Assembly: GCA_044892525.1 (NCBI GenBank)
Contig: CM097885.1
Location: forward strand, 13,828,001-13,892,000
DNA from: Schmidtea polychroa
Taxonomy: Eukaryota
Direction of reading: 5' to 3'
Length of the DNA stretch: 64,000 nt
Shown here: piece by piece, positions 12,548 through 25,406 of the stretch
Position numbering within the stretch: the stretch's first letter is position 1
How the letters are laid out: each line of letters opens with the position of its first letter
Position numbers and translations under genes: made by a program
The notes under the pieces: generated by a model
Seen by the model: the letters and a program-made list of their open reading frames with translations, nothing else
What the model was told of the DNA's origin: nothing
Database searches by the model: none

Positions 12548-13434
12548 TTTGAAATTTTAAAAAAACTTTAAACGAAAATGATTGAAGATGAATTGTCAGT
12601 GTAGATTCTGCCAAATCCGTTCGCAAAGATACATTAACGTGGATCGAAATGTCTTTTAGATTATCATTACCAAATCCATCATGAATTAGAACTTCGATTT
12701 TGTTTTTGAGCGTTTCTAACATCTTTTTAATAATCGATTTAAAATACTATTCTGCTTCATTAGCCGGTTCAATCATCGTCTGATCTGTTTAATTAATAAA
12801 TCTTCTTCAGTTTCTTCTATTTCAGAAAATATAGTTTCTGGTTCAATTTCTTCAGGTTTTAAAGGGCTATTGCTTGAAATGTCATCATTAGTTTGAATTT
12901 CCTCGTCTTCGCTGTCTGAGTATTCAATTAAACCTTTCATGTCAATGTTTATTTGCTTATTATCGTTTTCCAATTCTAATTGTTGTGATTCTTAACATTT
13001 TAATTATTATATATTGCAAATAAATTTTCAACGTTCAAAACAATTTGAAGAAATATCTTTAAAAAACTCCTTTCAAACAACAAAACTCTGAAAACATTAA
13101 AAGCATCACATTAAATTCCAGAATATTTCGAATTTCTTTAAAAAATCGAAACACATTTAAAGAAACCTCGCGTCTGTGTGCGCACACAGCGCAGAAATAC
13201 CATCGCAACGCACACACAGACGCCACAACAACTACAGAACCAAACAATGAAATTAAATATTTTACTAGAAATATCGGAAATTTTACCGGACAAAAGAAAT
13301 AATTTTTTATCAAATATTTTCTTAATTTTTAGAAATGTTTGAAATTATATTTAATTTTAATCACGCTATACATAAATATAAATAGTTCTGCAATGAGACT
13401 TTGTATTTACAATAAGTGAACTATTTAATTAAAC

Positions 13435-13990
13435 GTACTGGTTCATTTTCCTATGTAACTACCTTCTGCTTCTAGACACTTTGTACATCGATTTACAAGT
13501 GAAATATCCATTTGTTATCTTTTTCAATTAATAAACCCTCACTTTCCTCTTTGGAATCAATTCTCTGACCACGCAAATGTTTCTTCAAGTGATTAAACAA
13601 GAAACATTCTCTAGGAACCAAATCAGGGTTCAACGATGGGTGTAAATCAGCACGAAGCTCTTTTGGGACGTTCTATCGACAGTTCGGTGAACTGTGTGAA
13701 CTAATAGGTTGTCATTCAAAAGATAGAAATATTGATACCTCTGTTTCCGCCGTAACTTTCTCACATCACTAACCAGTGCACAGCAGTAGGGAAGTCGATG
13801 ATTCCCGAAAAAGAGTCGATGAAAAAGTCGGTCACACCTTTTGCATTCCAAAACATACTGATCATAAAAAATTTACAGTGATATGTCTCTGAATAAAACA
13901 TTTCTAGTGGCTATTCCTCTGGAAACTCCCATTCATAGGATTCACTCAATGGAGTCTTGTTCTCCGTTGTAATAATTTGTCAAAATTGTG
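13435..13990 (-). mobile_element. mariner transposase remnant
   Basis: Minus frames give 'MISMFWNAKGV', 'YCCALVSDVRKLRRK', 'HPSLNPDLVPRECFLFNHLKKHLRGQRIDSKEE' (decayed YSPDLAP motif) and 'NRCTKCLEAEGSYIGK'. Confidence 0.85.
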
Positions 13991-15627
13991 ATCCCACATT
14001 ACAATGCGAATAGTAAAAATCAATGGTAGTTGTATTGTATATTTTTTAATATTTCTGGTTTTTTAAAATTTGTTAATAAATTTGGAATTCAGTAATAAGT
14101 GTAACGGTTCCTGTCAAATCGAAATACATTTTCTTAAACAAAATAAAATTAAAAGCTAAAACTAGATCAACGGCACCATAATTTAACCTTTACATTTTTT
14201 AGGAAACATTTAAATTTAACATTACGCTTCTTTTCAGTGCGATTGTGCTTGATTGGGTGTTTAAATTTATCGCAAATTTAATAAAACAATAATTCATTAC
14301 AATATCAGAAATTCTTTCTAACATTTTAGATAAATTACTTTTTTATTTCTAAATGAAATTCTTGTATTTTAAATTAAAAAATTCTTATTCAATAATGCAT
14401 TTTATTCTACGATTGATTTGATGCGAATAGATTGAATGGGATCTGAATCTCGGTTGGTGGCATCAGTGACAGGCAAATAAAAACTCATTGCACTAATAAA
14501 TCGATTTCACTATTGAAATTTATCATTTTTTTATTATAAATTAAATTTCATAATATTTATCACATTTGTTTATCACGTATAAATAACTGAAAGAGATAAA
14601 ATGCAATATAGAAGTTCTCAAACGTTTCTGGAAATTTTTATTTTAAATGCAATAAAAATAATAGAATTTCATAAAATAAAAAATCGTGGAGAAAATTAAT
14701 TTAAAATTGATTTGATCAATCCATTAATAAGATCTGATCTATTTTTAGTATTGAAAACAAATATTTGTTTTTGTCAGATTATTGTCTATATTCTATATTT
14801 TTTATTAATTACTTTATATCGATACTATGGTGCAGATGCATTCTATAAAAAATTCATCTATCCTATTTTACATATTTTGCTCACTCACGCAATATATAAA
14901 CCGGGTTTTATACAAATCCTTAATAAAATTGTCAAATCAACGAATAATTATAAACACCGCATTTGAGGAAAGATAAATAAAATAAGTTAAATTAAGATAA
15001 ACTCAATAGTTTCCAATAAAGTTGTTAACAATTTATCATTTTGAGCAATGCAAAAGTTAACAACAAATCAATCTCTTGATTGCACTTAGTGTCAATTGTT
15101 GGCTATTTATCTATGATAAGAATTGTCTCTTTAAATTGGAGATTTTTTGAATGTTTTTGACTAAAATTTTAATAGAAATATGTTTTTCTCTTTCCATAGT
15201 TGATATTGTTCAAATGTCTGTTTACCGAGGATTTTCCAGTACGGCTCCAGTGCAAGTTTTTAAAGATGTTTTAAAATAATTATTAAAATATATATAATAA
15301 ATTAATAATAAATTAAATTTAACTAAAAAAAATAACAGCTTTTAAAAACAAAAATTAAGTTTGAAATTTTTTATGAGTTACCTTTTAAAAACATTTCAGT
15401 TATTTTATATTTAATTTAATTTTGATTTGAAATTTTATTTAATCAAATTTAAACCAATGAAAAGGCAGAAAATAAATATAAAAAGGAAAACCAGGGAAAA
15501 TTTGAAGATCGGAACATTAAAAATGATTATCTTATAATCGAAAATTTTTTTCATTTAATACATATGTTGTAGCAAAAGCCTTATGTTATCATTTGCTTGT
15601 TTAAAGCTAAATTTAAAGTCTAACATA

Positions 15628-15868
15628 ATATCGTCGGTTTAAAAGCAGAAATCACTAAGTCAAAAAACATAGTTTTTAGTAAATCGATATTTAAGAAGTT
15701 TGCGTATCTGAAAATTTAGTAATTGTATTTACTATCAATTTGTGCATAAAAAATAGTTTTTTAGGCTTCTAAGTTTATAAAGTTGGCATTATAATGATTT
15801 AATTTAGTACAAAAAATCAAAATCTTGGAAAATGTACTTAGTGAATTTAGCTTGTAAACCAACGATAT
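15628..15868. mobile_element. MITE with ~33-bp TIRs
   Basis: ATATCGTCGGTTTAAAAGCAGAAATCACTAAGT ... ACTTAGTGAATTTAGCTTGTAAACCAACGATAT. Confidence 0.75.
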
Positions 15869-16715
15869 ATTCATTGGTTATCATTAAATGATCATTATGA
15901 TATAGTTTATAACTATATACATAATGATCAAGGCTGATCAGTGTGGATAAGTGAACATGCCAATAAAATAATAATGGTTATACTTTATTTCTACTGCATG
16001 CGTGATCTGTTATGTATGAATCGAGTTTTTGAAAGGCTTACCTAAATTATTACAGAAGACTTCTAGCTGTTATTGAAAAATTAAACTTTAATTACAAAAA
16101 AATAAAAGAAATATTTAATTAATGTTTTATACGCTAAATGGTTTCCACTTTCATTGTAAAAATCCTTATGATTTAAGTGAATATTTTTTATTACTATCAA
16201 AGTATTTTTGCTTACTATTTATTAGTTTTCTTTAAATCTTTCTCAAATTTTGTTTTCGCGGTAGTTTTATAATCACCAACAATTATTTTTATCATAGTTA
16301 TTATTAGTCCTTTAAATGTTTTTTATATTTTCAAATTTTTTACCTTAAATTTTTAAATAATAATAATATTAATAATAATAATTCTAATTCTAATTCTAAT
16401 AATAATAATAATATTCATTGATGTCTTCGTGGATGTTTTTTTTGAATATTTCTTATGAAAAAAGTCAATGCAGCATAACATCTCCATAAATTGAACAATA
16501 TAATTTAACTGTAAAATGCAAAACCTTTATATATCTTGAAATGACGAAAAAATGACTTCACCACTTTTATTTATAATGGCTCATATTATGTCTATTGAAC
16601 TAGTGAATTTTTACGTTAGAAATCCTTTACCAAAGTCCTAAATCTAAAACCTGGTATAAATAAATGTAAGGGATTTTTGTATTGTGAATTGAAATTAAAA
16701 TTGGGTGTGTTTGTC

Positions 16716-16918
16716 CAGTGCTTTCCAAAGTGGTGGTGCGCGAGACCTACATTGCCGGTTCGTACCGACAAAAAGCTGTAAAAAAGAGTAAAAAATTGCA
16801 CAAGCATGTATTTATATAAATTTCATAAGATATTTAAGACCATATAAAAAGAAAAATAATTAATGCAACAGTAAATTTTTCTAGTGGTCCATTAAAGTGG
16901 AAAGTTTCGGAAGCACAG
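16716..16918. mobile_element. Possible hAT-type MITE
   Basis: CAGTGCTTTCCAAA ... TTTCGGAAGCACAG imperfect TIRs; no clean TSD. Confidence 0.45.
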
Positions 16919-17040
16919 TGTTATTTGTTTTTTAATAAATTTTTTCGTTTGATTAGTTTTACCAACAATCTTTTGCATAATAATTTTATCTTTTGACATA
17001 CTTTTTATTATTTAGTGTAAGTAGGTAGATAGTAGCGTAC

Positions 17041-17083
17041 GGGAACAATTACCCCCCCCCCCCGGGGGGGGGGGTTTGTTCCC
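17041..17083. repeat. Subterminal C12-G11 hairpin (left end)
   Basis: GGGAACAATTA-C12-G11-TTTGTTCCC. Confidence 0.9.
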
Positions 17084-17139
17084 AAATTTTTATTACGCAA
17101 TTGTTCCCAACTCATTTTTTTGCTTTCAGGGATTTTTGG

Positions 17140-18435
17140 TCCAAATTTTTTTTTTATCAGACTATAGTGAGGGGGTCTCGATGGTCCGGGGATTTTCTAT
17201 ACAAAAAATTTTTTTCTATACAAAAATCCGACTACCAATAAAAAAGCATGGAATTTTCACACTATAGTGAGGGGGTCTCGATGGTCCTGGGATTTTCAAT
17301 ACAAAAAAATTTTTTCAATACAAAAAGGCGGTCTTCAATAAAAAAGCATGGAATTTTCATACTATAGTGAGGGGGTCTCGATGGTCCGGGGATTTTCTAT
17401 ACAAAAAATTTTTTTCTATACAAAAATCCGACTACCAATAAAAAAGCCAAGGATTTTTCAGACTATAGTGAGGTGAGTCTCCTTGGTCCTGAGAAATAGG
17501 TGGTCTACACTAAAAAAGCATGGTAATTTAAGGTCTCGGGATATTTTCAATACAAAAGCTGGTCTACACTAAAAAAGCATGGTAATTTAAGGTCTCAGGA
17601 TATTTTCAATACAAAAATCCGACTACCAATAAAAAAACCAAGGATTTTTCAGACTATAGTGAGGTCAGTCTCCTTGGTCCTGAGAAATAGGTGGTCTACA
17701 CTAAAAAGCATGGTAATTTAAGGTCTCAGGATATTTTCAATACAAATAGGTGGTCTACACTAAAAAAGCCAAGGATTTATCACACTATAGTGAGGGGGTC
17801 TCGATGGTCCTGGGATTTTCAATACAAATAAAATTTTTTCAATACAAAAACGATGGTCCTGGGATTTTCAATACAAAAAATTTTTTTCTATACAAAAATC
17901 CGACTATCAATAAAAAAGCATGGAATTTTCAGACTATAGTGAGGGGGTCTCGATGGTCCTGGGATTTTCAATACAAAAATCCGACTACCACTAAAAAAGC
18001 ATGGAATTTTCTAGGTCAATTCAGGTGGGTCTCCTTGGTCCTGGGATTTTCAATACAAAAAAAATTTTTTAATACAAAAATCCGACTATCACTAAAAAAG
18101 CATGGATTTTTCTAGGTCAATTAAGGTGGGTCTCCTTGGTCCTGAGAATTTCAATAGAAAAATCCGACTATCAATAAAAAAGCATGGTAATTTAAGGTCT
18201 CATGATATTTTCAATACAAAAAGGCGGTCTTCAATAAAGAAACATGGTAATTTAAAGTCTCGGGATATTTTCAATACAAAAAGCTGGTCTACACTAAAAA
18301 GCATGGTAATTTAAGGTCTCAGGATATTTTCAATACAAAAAGCTGGTCTACACTAAAAAAGCCAAGGATTTTTCAGACTATAGTGAGGTGAGTCTCCTTG
18401 GTCCTGAGAAATAGGTGGTCTACACTAAAAAACGT
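17140..18435 (+). repeat. Modular subterminal minisatellite, left arm
   Basis: Shuffled ~20-bp modules (GACTATAGTGAGGGGGTCTC, GATGGTCCTGGGATTTTCAATACAAAAA, TCCGACTACCAATAAAAAAGCATGG, GCTGGTCTACACTAAAAAA) in ~60-120 bp units. Mirrored at ~33505-34410. Confidence 0.92.
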
Positions 18436-18439
18436 TGTA

Positions 18440-18990
18440 AATTTTTCAATTAAAGTAAATAATGGTTCTAAAAAATTAAATTATAGTAAATTATGGCTCA
18501 AATTTTTAAATTACAGTAAATTATGGTCCTAAAAATTAAATTACAGTAAATTATGGCTCAAATTTTTAAATTACAGTAAATTATGGTCCTAAAAAATAAA
18601 TTACAGTAAATTATGGCTCAAATTTTTAAATTACAGTAAATTATGGTCCAAATTTTTAAATTAAAGTAAATTATGGTTCTAAAAATTAAATTAAAGTAAA
18701 TTATGGCTCAAATTTTTCAATTACAGTAAATAATGGTCCTAAAAAATTAAATTACAGTAAATTATGGTCTAAATTTTTAAATTAAAGTAAATTATGGTCC
18801 TAAAAATTAAATTAAAGTAAATTATGGTTCTAAATTTTAAATTAAAGTAAATTAAGGTTCTAAAATTTTAAAAATAAGTAATCAATGGTAAAAAAATTTT
18901 AAATAAGTAAATTAAAGTAATAATTTTTAAATTAAGTAATCAATGGTAAAAAATTTTAAATAAGTAAATTAAAGTAAGATTTTAAAATTT
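18440..18990 (+). repeat. ~30-bp AT-rich tandem repeat, left arm
   Basis: (AAATTACAGTAAATTATGGTCCTAAAAATT)n-like array; mirrored at ~32930-33500. Confidence 0.92.
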
Positions 18991-19294
18991 AATTACAAAA
19001 AGTTGAAGGTGTTTGAGAATTGAAATTTTTTAATGAAAATTTTCAATGGTAATTTTTAATGAAAATTTTTATGGAATATTTTTTTTAAGTAATTTTTAAT
19101 AGAAAATTTTATGAAATATTTTTCAATGGTAATTTTTAATGGAAATTTTTATGAAATATTTTTCAATGAAAATTTTTATGGAATATTTTTTTTAAGTAAT
19201 TTTTAATAGAAAATTTTATGAAATATTTTTCAATGGTAATTTTTAATGGAAATTTTTAAGAAATATTTTTCAAAGACAAATTTTAATAATAATT

Positions 19295-20810
19295 CAACAA
19301 CAAATCAACAACTTAGTACCAACAACCAGTAACTTACGAACATGTATTACCAACCAGATACCTACAACCAGTTACCTGATACCAAGTACCAACAACCAAA
19401 ACATGCAACCAACTAGGTACCAAGTACTAACAACTAACTACCACCTACCAAGTACCTACAACCAACTACTAAGTACTAACAACCAAAAACAACCAACTAG
19501 GTACTAGATACCAAGTACTTACAACAAACATCAACCAAGTACTTACTACCAACTACCAAGTACTTACAACTAGTTACTAACAACTAGTTACCTGCTACCA
19601 AGTACTTACAATTAGTTACTAACAACCAGTTACCTGATACCAAGTACCTACAACCAACTACTAAGTACTAACAACAAAAAACAACGAAGTACCTACAACA
19701 AATTACCAGATACCAAGTGCCTACAACTAGTTACTAACAACTAGTTACCTGATACTAAGTACCTACAACCACCTAACAAGTACTAACAACCAAAAACAAG
19801 CAACCAAACAGGTATCAGATACCACCTACTAAGTACCAACAACCAACTAGTTACCAGATACCTACAACTAGATACTAACAACTAGGTCTCAAACACCTAA
19901 ATACTAACAACCAGGTACTAAGCATTAATTACCAACTACTAAGTACCTACAACCTACAACTAGATACTAACAACCAGTTACCTGATACCAAGTACTAACA
20001 ACCGTCAACAACCAGGTACTAAGCCTTATCAACCTACAACTAGTTACTAACAACCAGTTACCAACTACTAAGCATTAATTACCTACAACTAGTTACTAAC
20101 AACTAGATACCAAGTACATACAACCAGACACTAAGCATTATCAACCAAGTACTAACAACTAAATACTAAACACTAACAACCGACAATAACCAGGTACTAA
20201 GCATCATCAACCAACTACTAAGTACCTACAACTAGATACTAACAACCAGTTACCCATTAACTAGCTACAACCAGCACTCAACTAGCTACCAACTACTAAG
20301 TACCTACAACCAAGTACTAACAACTAGATACCTAGTTACTAACAACCCGCTAACAACTAACAACTAGATACCAAGTACCAGTAAATTACGAACATGTATT
20401 AACAACCAGATACCTACAACTAGTTACTAACAACTAGTTACTAACAACTAGTTACCTGATAGCAACCAACTAGCTACCAACTACTAAGTACCTACAACCA
20501 ACATCAACCAGGTACTAAACATTAATTACCAACTACTAAGTACCTACAACCAACTAACAACCACCTACCAAGTACTAAGCATTATCAACCAACTACTAAG
20601 TACCTACAACCAACTAGCTACCACCTACCAAGTACTAACAACCAGTTACCAACTACTAAGCATTAATTACCTACAACTAGTTACTGACAACTAGCTACCA
20701 AGTACATACAACCAGACACTAAGCATTATCAACCAAGTACTAACAACCAAGTACAAGATACCTAGTACTGTCAACTAGATACCAAACACTTACAACCAGA
20801 TGACCACATG
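19295..20810 (+). repeat. A/C-rich shuffled short-word repeat, left arm
   Basis: Words such as ACCAAGTACT, AACAACTAG, ACCTACAAC and AAGCATTA in irregular order; mirrored at ~31145-32565. Confidence 0.92.
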
Positions 20811-21169
20811 AAATTATTGGTTAAATATGAAAATAAGGGTTATAATTAGTTGTTTAGTAAATTATGGTGTAAAATTAAGTAATAAAGCATAAATAGGTAA
20901 ATTAAGGATAAGTAAATTAAAGTTAAAAAATTAAATTAAAGTTAATTAAGGTCCAAATTTTAAAAATAAGTAATCAATGTTCTAAAAAATTAAATTAAAG
21001 TTAAATAAGTAAATTAAAGTAATAATTTTTAAAGAATTTAATTAAAGTAATAATTTTTAAATAAGTAATGTAATAAGTAAATAAAAGTAAGATTTTTAAT
21101 TTTATTATCAAAAGATTGAATAATAACCAACTTTTTTGAGAAATGTAATTTATAATGAAAATTTAAATG

Positions 21170-21170
<1 letters not shown>

Positions 21171-21226
<56 letters not shown>

Positions 21227-21237
21227 TAATAATAATT
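21171..21237. repeat. (AAT)n microsatellite
   Basis: AAT run; a shorter mirror (ATT)n lies at ~30743-30800. Confidence 0.95.
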
Positions 21238-21671
21238 CAACAGTTACCAACAATCGGTTACTGATTATTTTTTAACTAGGTGCTAACAAATACTTACAAC
21301 TAGATACCACGTACTAACTAACTCTCAAACAACCAGATACTTACAACTAACTACTAAATATTCTTCACTGTATTTTATGAAATGATTTTTAAATTAATAT
21401 TTTTTATACAGCTTCTATAATAATTTTAATTACAATCAGTAGAAAAACCTTTTCAAAATGTCTAAATTTAACAAAAATGTTGATTTTCATCAAAAAACCA
21501 CAACTCAACCACTTTAAAACACCACGTGGAATTCAAAATAATTACAATGAAAGACTAATGAATTCTAATTTACAAAACATTCTTCTTTTAAATGATAACT
21601 ACTGACTTATTATTGCAAAGTAAAAATCACATTCAATAAATACTTATTATTGATCAGTTTTATTATATATA

Positions 21672-24600
21672 CTCTGAGTTTATCCGACAGGATGTTTTGA
21701 CGCCCTAAGGGTACAGGTCGTAAGGGTATTAGTCGTAAGGGTACTGGTCGTAAAGGTACTAGTCGTAGGGGTATTGGTAACACTTAACCACAACCTACCC
21801 ATTAACTAGCTACTAAGTACTAACCACTAGGTTTCAAACAACAACTACTAACAACCACCATCAAAACCCATCGAGAAATTAACAAATATCAACCTACAAC
21901 TATATAACAATCAGTAAACAACACTGTACCAACTACCAAATACAAGATACCAACAACTTAGTACCAACAATCAACTAACAACACATAAAAATAATAGCAA
22001 TTAAATACAAAATATTCTTCATCGCATACACTATTTTCTTATCAAAATCTAAAAAGTCAATCAGATACCAACTACCAAGTACCAAGTACTAACAACCAAC
22101 TACCTAGAACCAACAACTATGTACTAACAAATTGATCTTTAAAAGCAAATACTCTTCACTTGAAAAATTGGATGAAAAATTATTTGAACTCAATGCATCA
22201 ATAACTTGGTAAAAATTGATTAAATAATTGTAAAAATTTAAATTATTCAAAATAAATATCATAAAAATTTAATTAATGGACAAGAAAAAATTCTAATCAT
22301 CCAATAAATAAAAAAAAATGCTGATCATTCAAGTTGAATCAACTAAGATAATAAATTAATAAGATAAGATCTAGTAGATAATTGATTAAGATTGAATAAA
22401 TTAATTTAAATAAAATTTAATTTAATTATTTTTGTAAAAGTAATACATGTACTCAAATTGATTGACTGATTTCTCAATATATTCAAAAAAAATCAGTATA
22501 AATTCATTACAATTATCAAAGTCAGCAATCTACAATAAAAATAATTATCATAAAATTCCAAAAGAGACTAGATAACTAATGATAACATCTAATAAACCAG
22601 TAAATTTATTTAAATGACAATAATTGGTATATCCTAGTGAATTCTCCAATTTCTCATTTCCTCCCAAATATATCAATATGTAAAGATTAGTATTGTAATG
22701 ATAAATACTTGTTAAAGATCATATATTTACCTCAAACTAACAAGATTCCTTAAAATCCCTTAAATGACTATATTTCTACCCTTAATTCATATTATTACAA
22801 ATATTTCACTAAAATCATCTAAAAAGCATCAAATTTCCCTGAAATAACTCTATCTTTTAAGATTGATATTTTAATGATAAGTACTTGTTAAAGATCATAT
22901 ATTCCCCTCAGACTAATAAGATTGCTTAAACTCCCCTTTAAATGACTATAATTCTAACTTTAATTCCTATTATCATACATGTTTCACTATTGATAAAACC
23001 GGTTATAATTAACTTTTTGTTAATCACTGTACTCGAAATTTAAAATAAATATAACTGACTAGGTCCCATTAAAAGATTAAATTTATCCATTCAATAAAAT
23101 ATATTTCTTCAAATGATCATTTTTACCAATATTCAACCGATTTAATTACTAATTAAAATCAAGATTTCTTCCAATAAAGATCAATTTTATTTAGTCGATG
23201 TTTTAAGTCCATATTTCTAAACTTTTGTCATTCTCCGCCTAAATAAAGATAAAAATAAATTAAAGTTGATATCAATCCCAATTATCTGTAAAGATTTCAT
23301 TGTCAAAACCAAGTAAATCGATCATTATCCCTACTTAATAAAACATTGTTCTAAATTAATTTACTGTGCATTAATCACAACCTAATAAAACGATATAATT
23401 ATTATTGATTCATAACTGACTAATGTATTGCAATTTCCTTAAAAAACATTGATATTTTACCAACATCACCCTTAAAAAATCATATATTCCCATCGAAACC
23501 CTTCCCTCATTAAAAGCAACCGACTATATCCCCCTTAAAAGATCATATTTTCCCCATCTTAACCGATCTCTCATTAAATCTAACCAACAATATCCCATCT
23601 TAACCGATCTCTCATTAAATCTAACCGACTATATCCCTTTAAAAATCATATATTCCCATCTCTCATTAAATCTAATCGATAATATCCCATCTTATCCGAT
23701 CTCTCAGCAAATATTTCTACCCTTTTAAACATCTATCCGATTATATCCCTTAATTTCCCTAAAGATTCCACCCACTTGAACCCTTTAATATATATCAATC
23801 CTCTTAATATCCTTAGAGAACTTCAAAAAGTATGAATTTTCATAAACTGTTAAAGACACCAGGCATTCTTCCATTGAAATAATTTAGAAGCTAAATAATA
23901 AGAGCCCACTAAAAGATCAAAATTTACTAAAATTTTCTACAAATATTTACCATCAAATACTGGAGATGATATATATTGATTGATCATAATTCTTCATCGA
24001 TTCAACCAATCATTTTCAAGCAATAACAGCAAACTAAATTTCTGTATATCCTACAATAATTATCAAGTAAATTTAAAGTCATTGATAAATATTCTTAGAA
24101 AATTATTGAAAAAAATTATCTAGTCAAATATATTACAAAGTTATCATCAAAAATTTATTCTATCACTTAATTATTAACCTAATTGTCAATGAAATTAATT
24201 TTTATTTAAAAACTATTCAATAAAATACAACTAATTATCAAGAAATTAACTAAATTTATCAATTAAATTTATCACCATTAAAACTTTTAATCAGTCAACA
24301 TGAAATTCTTAGAAAATTATTCAATATCCTCATAAAAATTTATCCTACCACTTCATTATTGAAAAATCTCTAATTATTAACCTCATTGAAAATAATTTTT
24401 ATTTAAAATTAAAAAAAAAAAACAAGTCAATAAAAATACATCCAATTATCAAGAAATTAATTAAATTTATCTTAGAATTAGCATTAAATTATTAAATATT
24501 CATTCAATAAACATGAAATTTGCAAAAATGTTAGAAATCCATGAAAATGATAGATATCTACAAAAATTACGCATATTCACAAAAAAGTACGGAAATTCAC

Positions 24601-24824
24601 AAGAATAATAGAAATTCATAAAAATGATAGAAATTTACTTGAATAAAACCATCAACTCTAAAAATTATCAATGAATGCCTTATACAAATTTGCCTAAATA
24701 ATCATTCAAATAAAAGCATTAAATACCTTTACGACTAATACCCTTGCGACATGTTGAATGTGAGTAGTACCCTTGTGAGCAATACCCATAGGGGGACAGA
24801 ATATTTTGTCGGATAAACTCAGAG
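21672..24824. mobile_element. Nested TIR-bounded unit (~3.15 kb) in left arm
   Basis: TATATA|CTCTGAGTTTATCCGACA ... TGTCGGATAAACTCAGAG|TATATA: 18-bp perfect and ~42-bp imperfect TIRs. 15-bp subterminal tandem repeats (TAAGGGTAYTRGTCG-like, 5 copies) at 21706-21780. Confidence 0.8.
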
Positions 24825-25406
24825 TATATATTAATTAACTCATTCTTCATTGAATTAGTCAAATTATCATAATTTCAATAAAAATTCTAAAGTGGTAAGC
24901 AATGAAAAGACAATTATTCTTTAAACTTTGATAAAATTAACAATGAAGGTGGTAAGAATCTTCATTAAAGTGAGGAAATTATTCATTACTCGATTCAAAT
25001 GGGTGAAAATAATTGGTAGAATAATTCATTAATGTAGGTAGATAATGAGAAGTAGTATAGATAAGATGAAGGTTGATAAGAATGGATGTATTGCAACTAT
25101 TTTCTAAAAATTAACACTTTAATAAAAAAAAACTTTTAAAACAAATATTTGTGGGGATGTTTTAAGTGAATAATTAATCAAAATCGGCGGAATATAAGTA
25201 GAAAATCGGGGTGGGGGTTATAGGCGAATAATTAATGGAAATTCGAGGGGATATAAATGAATAATTAATGGAGAATCGGGGGAATATAGGGATTAAATAG
25301 TGGAGAATAATAGTGAATATAAGTGAGAAGGATACATAATTTAAACTATTTTATTACGTAACAAGCCGTGACTAGTTTATTACATAACAAGCTGTGAATG
25401 GTATTT

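Noticed and set aside
17076..18314. ORFs 17076-17267, 17750-18115 and 18102-18314 (and mirrors 33435-33930)
   Set aside because: Translations of the modular minisatellite; not conserved in frame between arms and with no recognisable domain.
17140..18435. CRISPR-like array
   Set aside because: No constant repeat with unique spacers, no cas genes, and a eukaryotic context.
19295..20810. Telomeric repeat array
   Set aside because: No fixed short period; an irregular mix of words located internally within the element arms.
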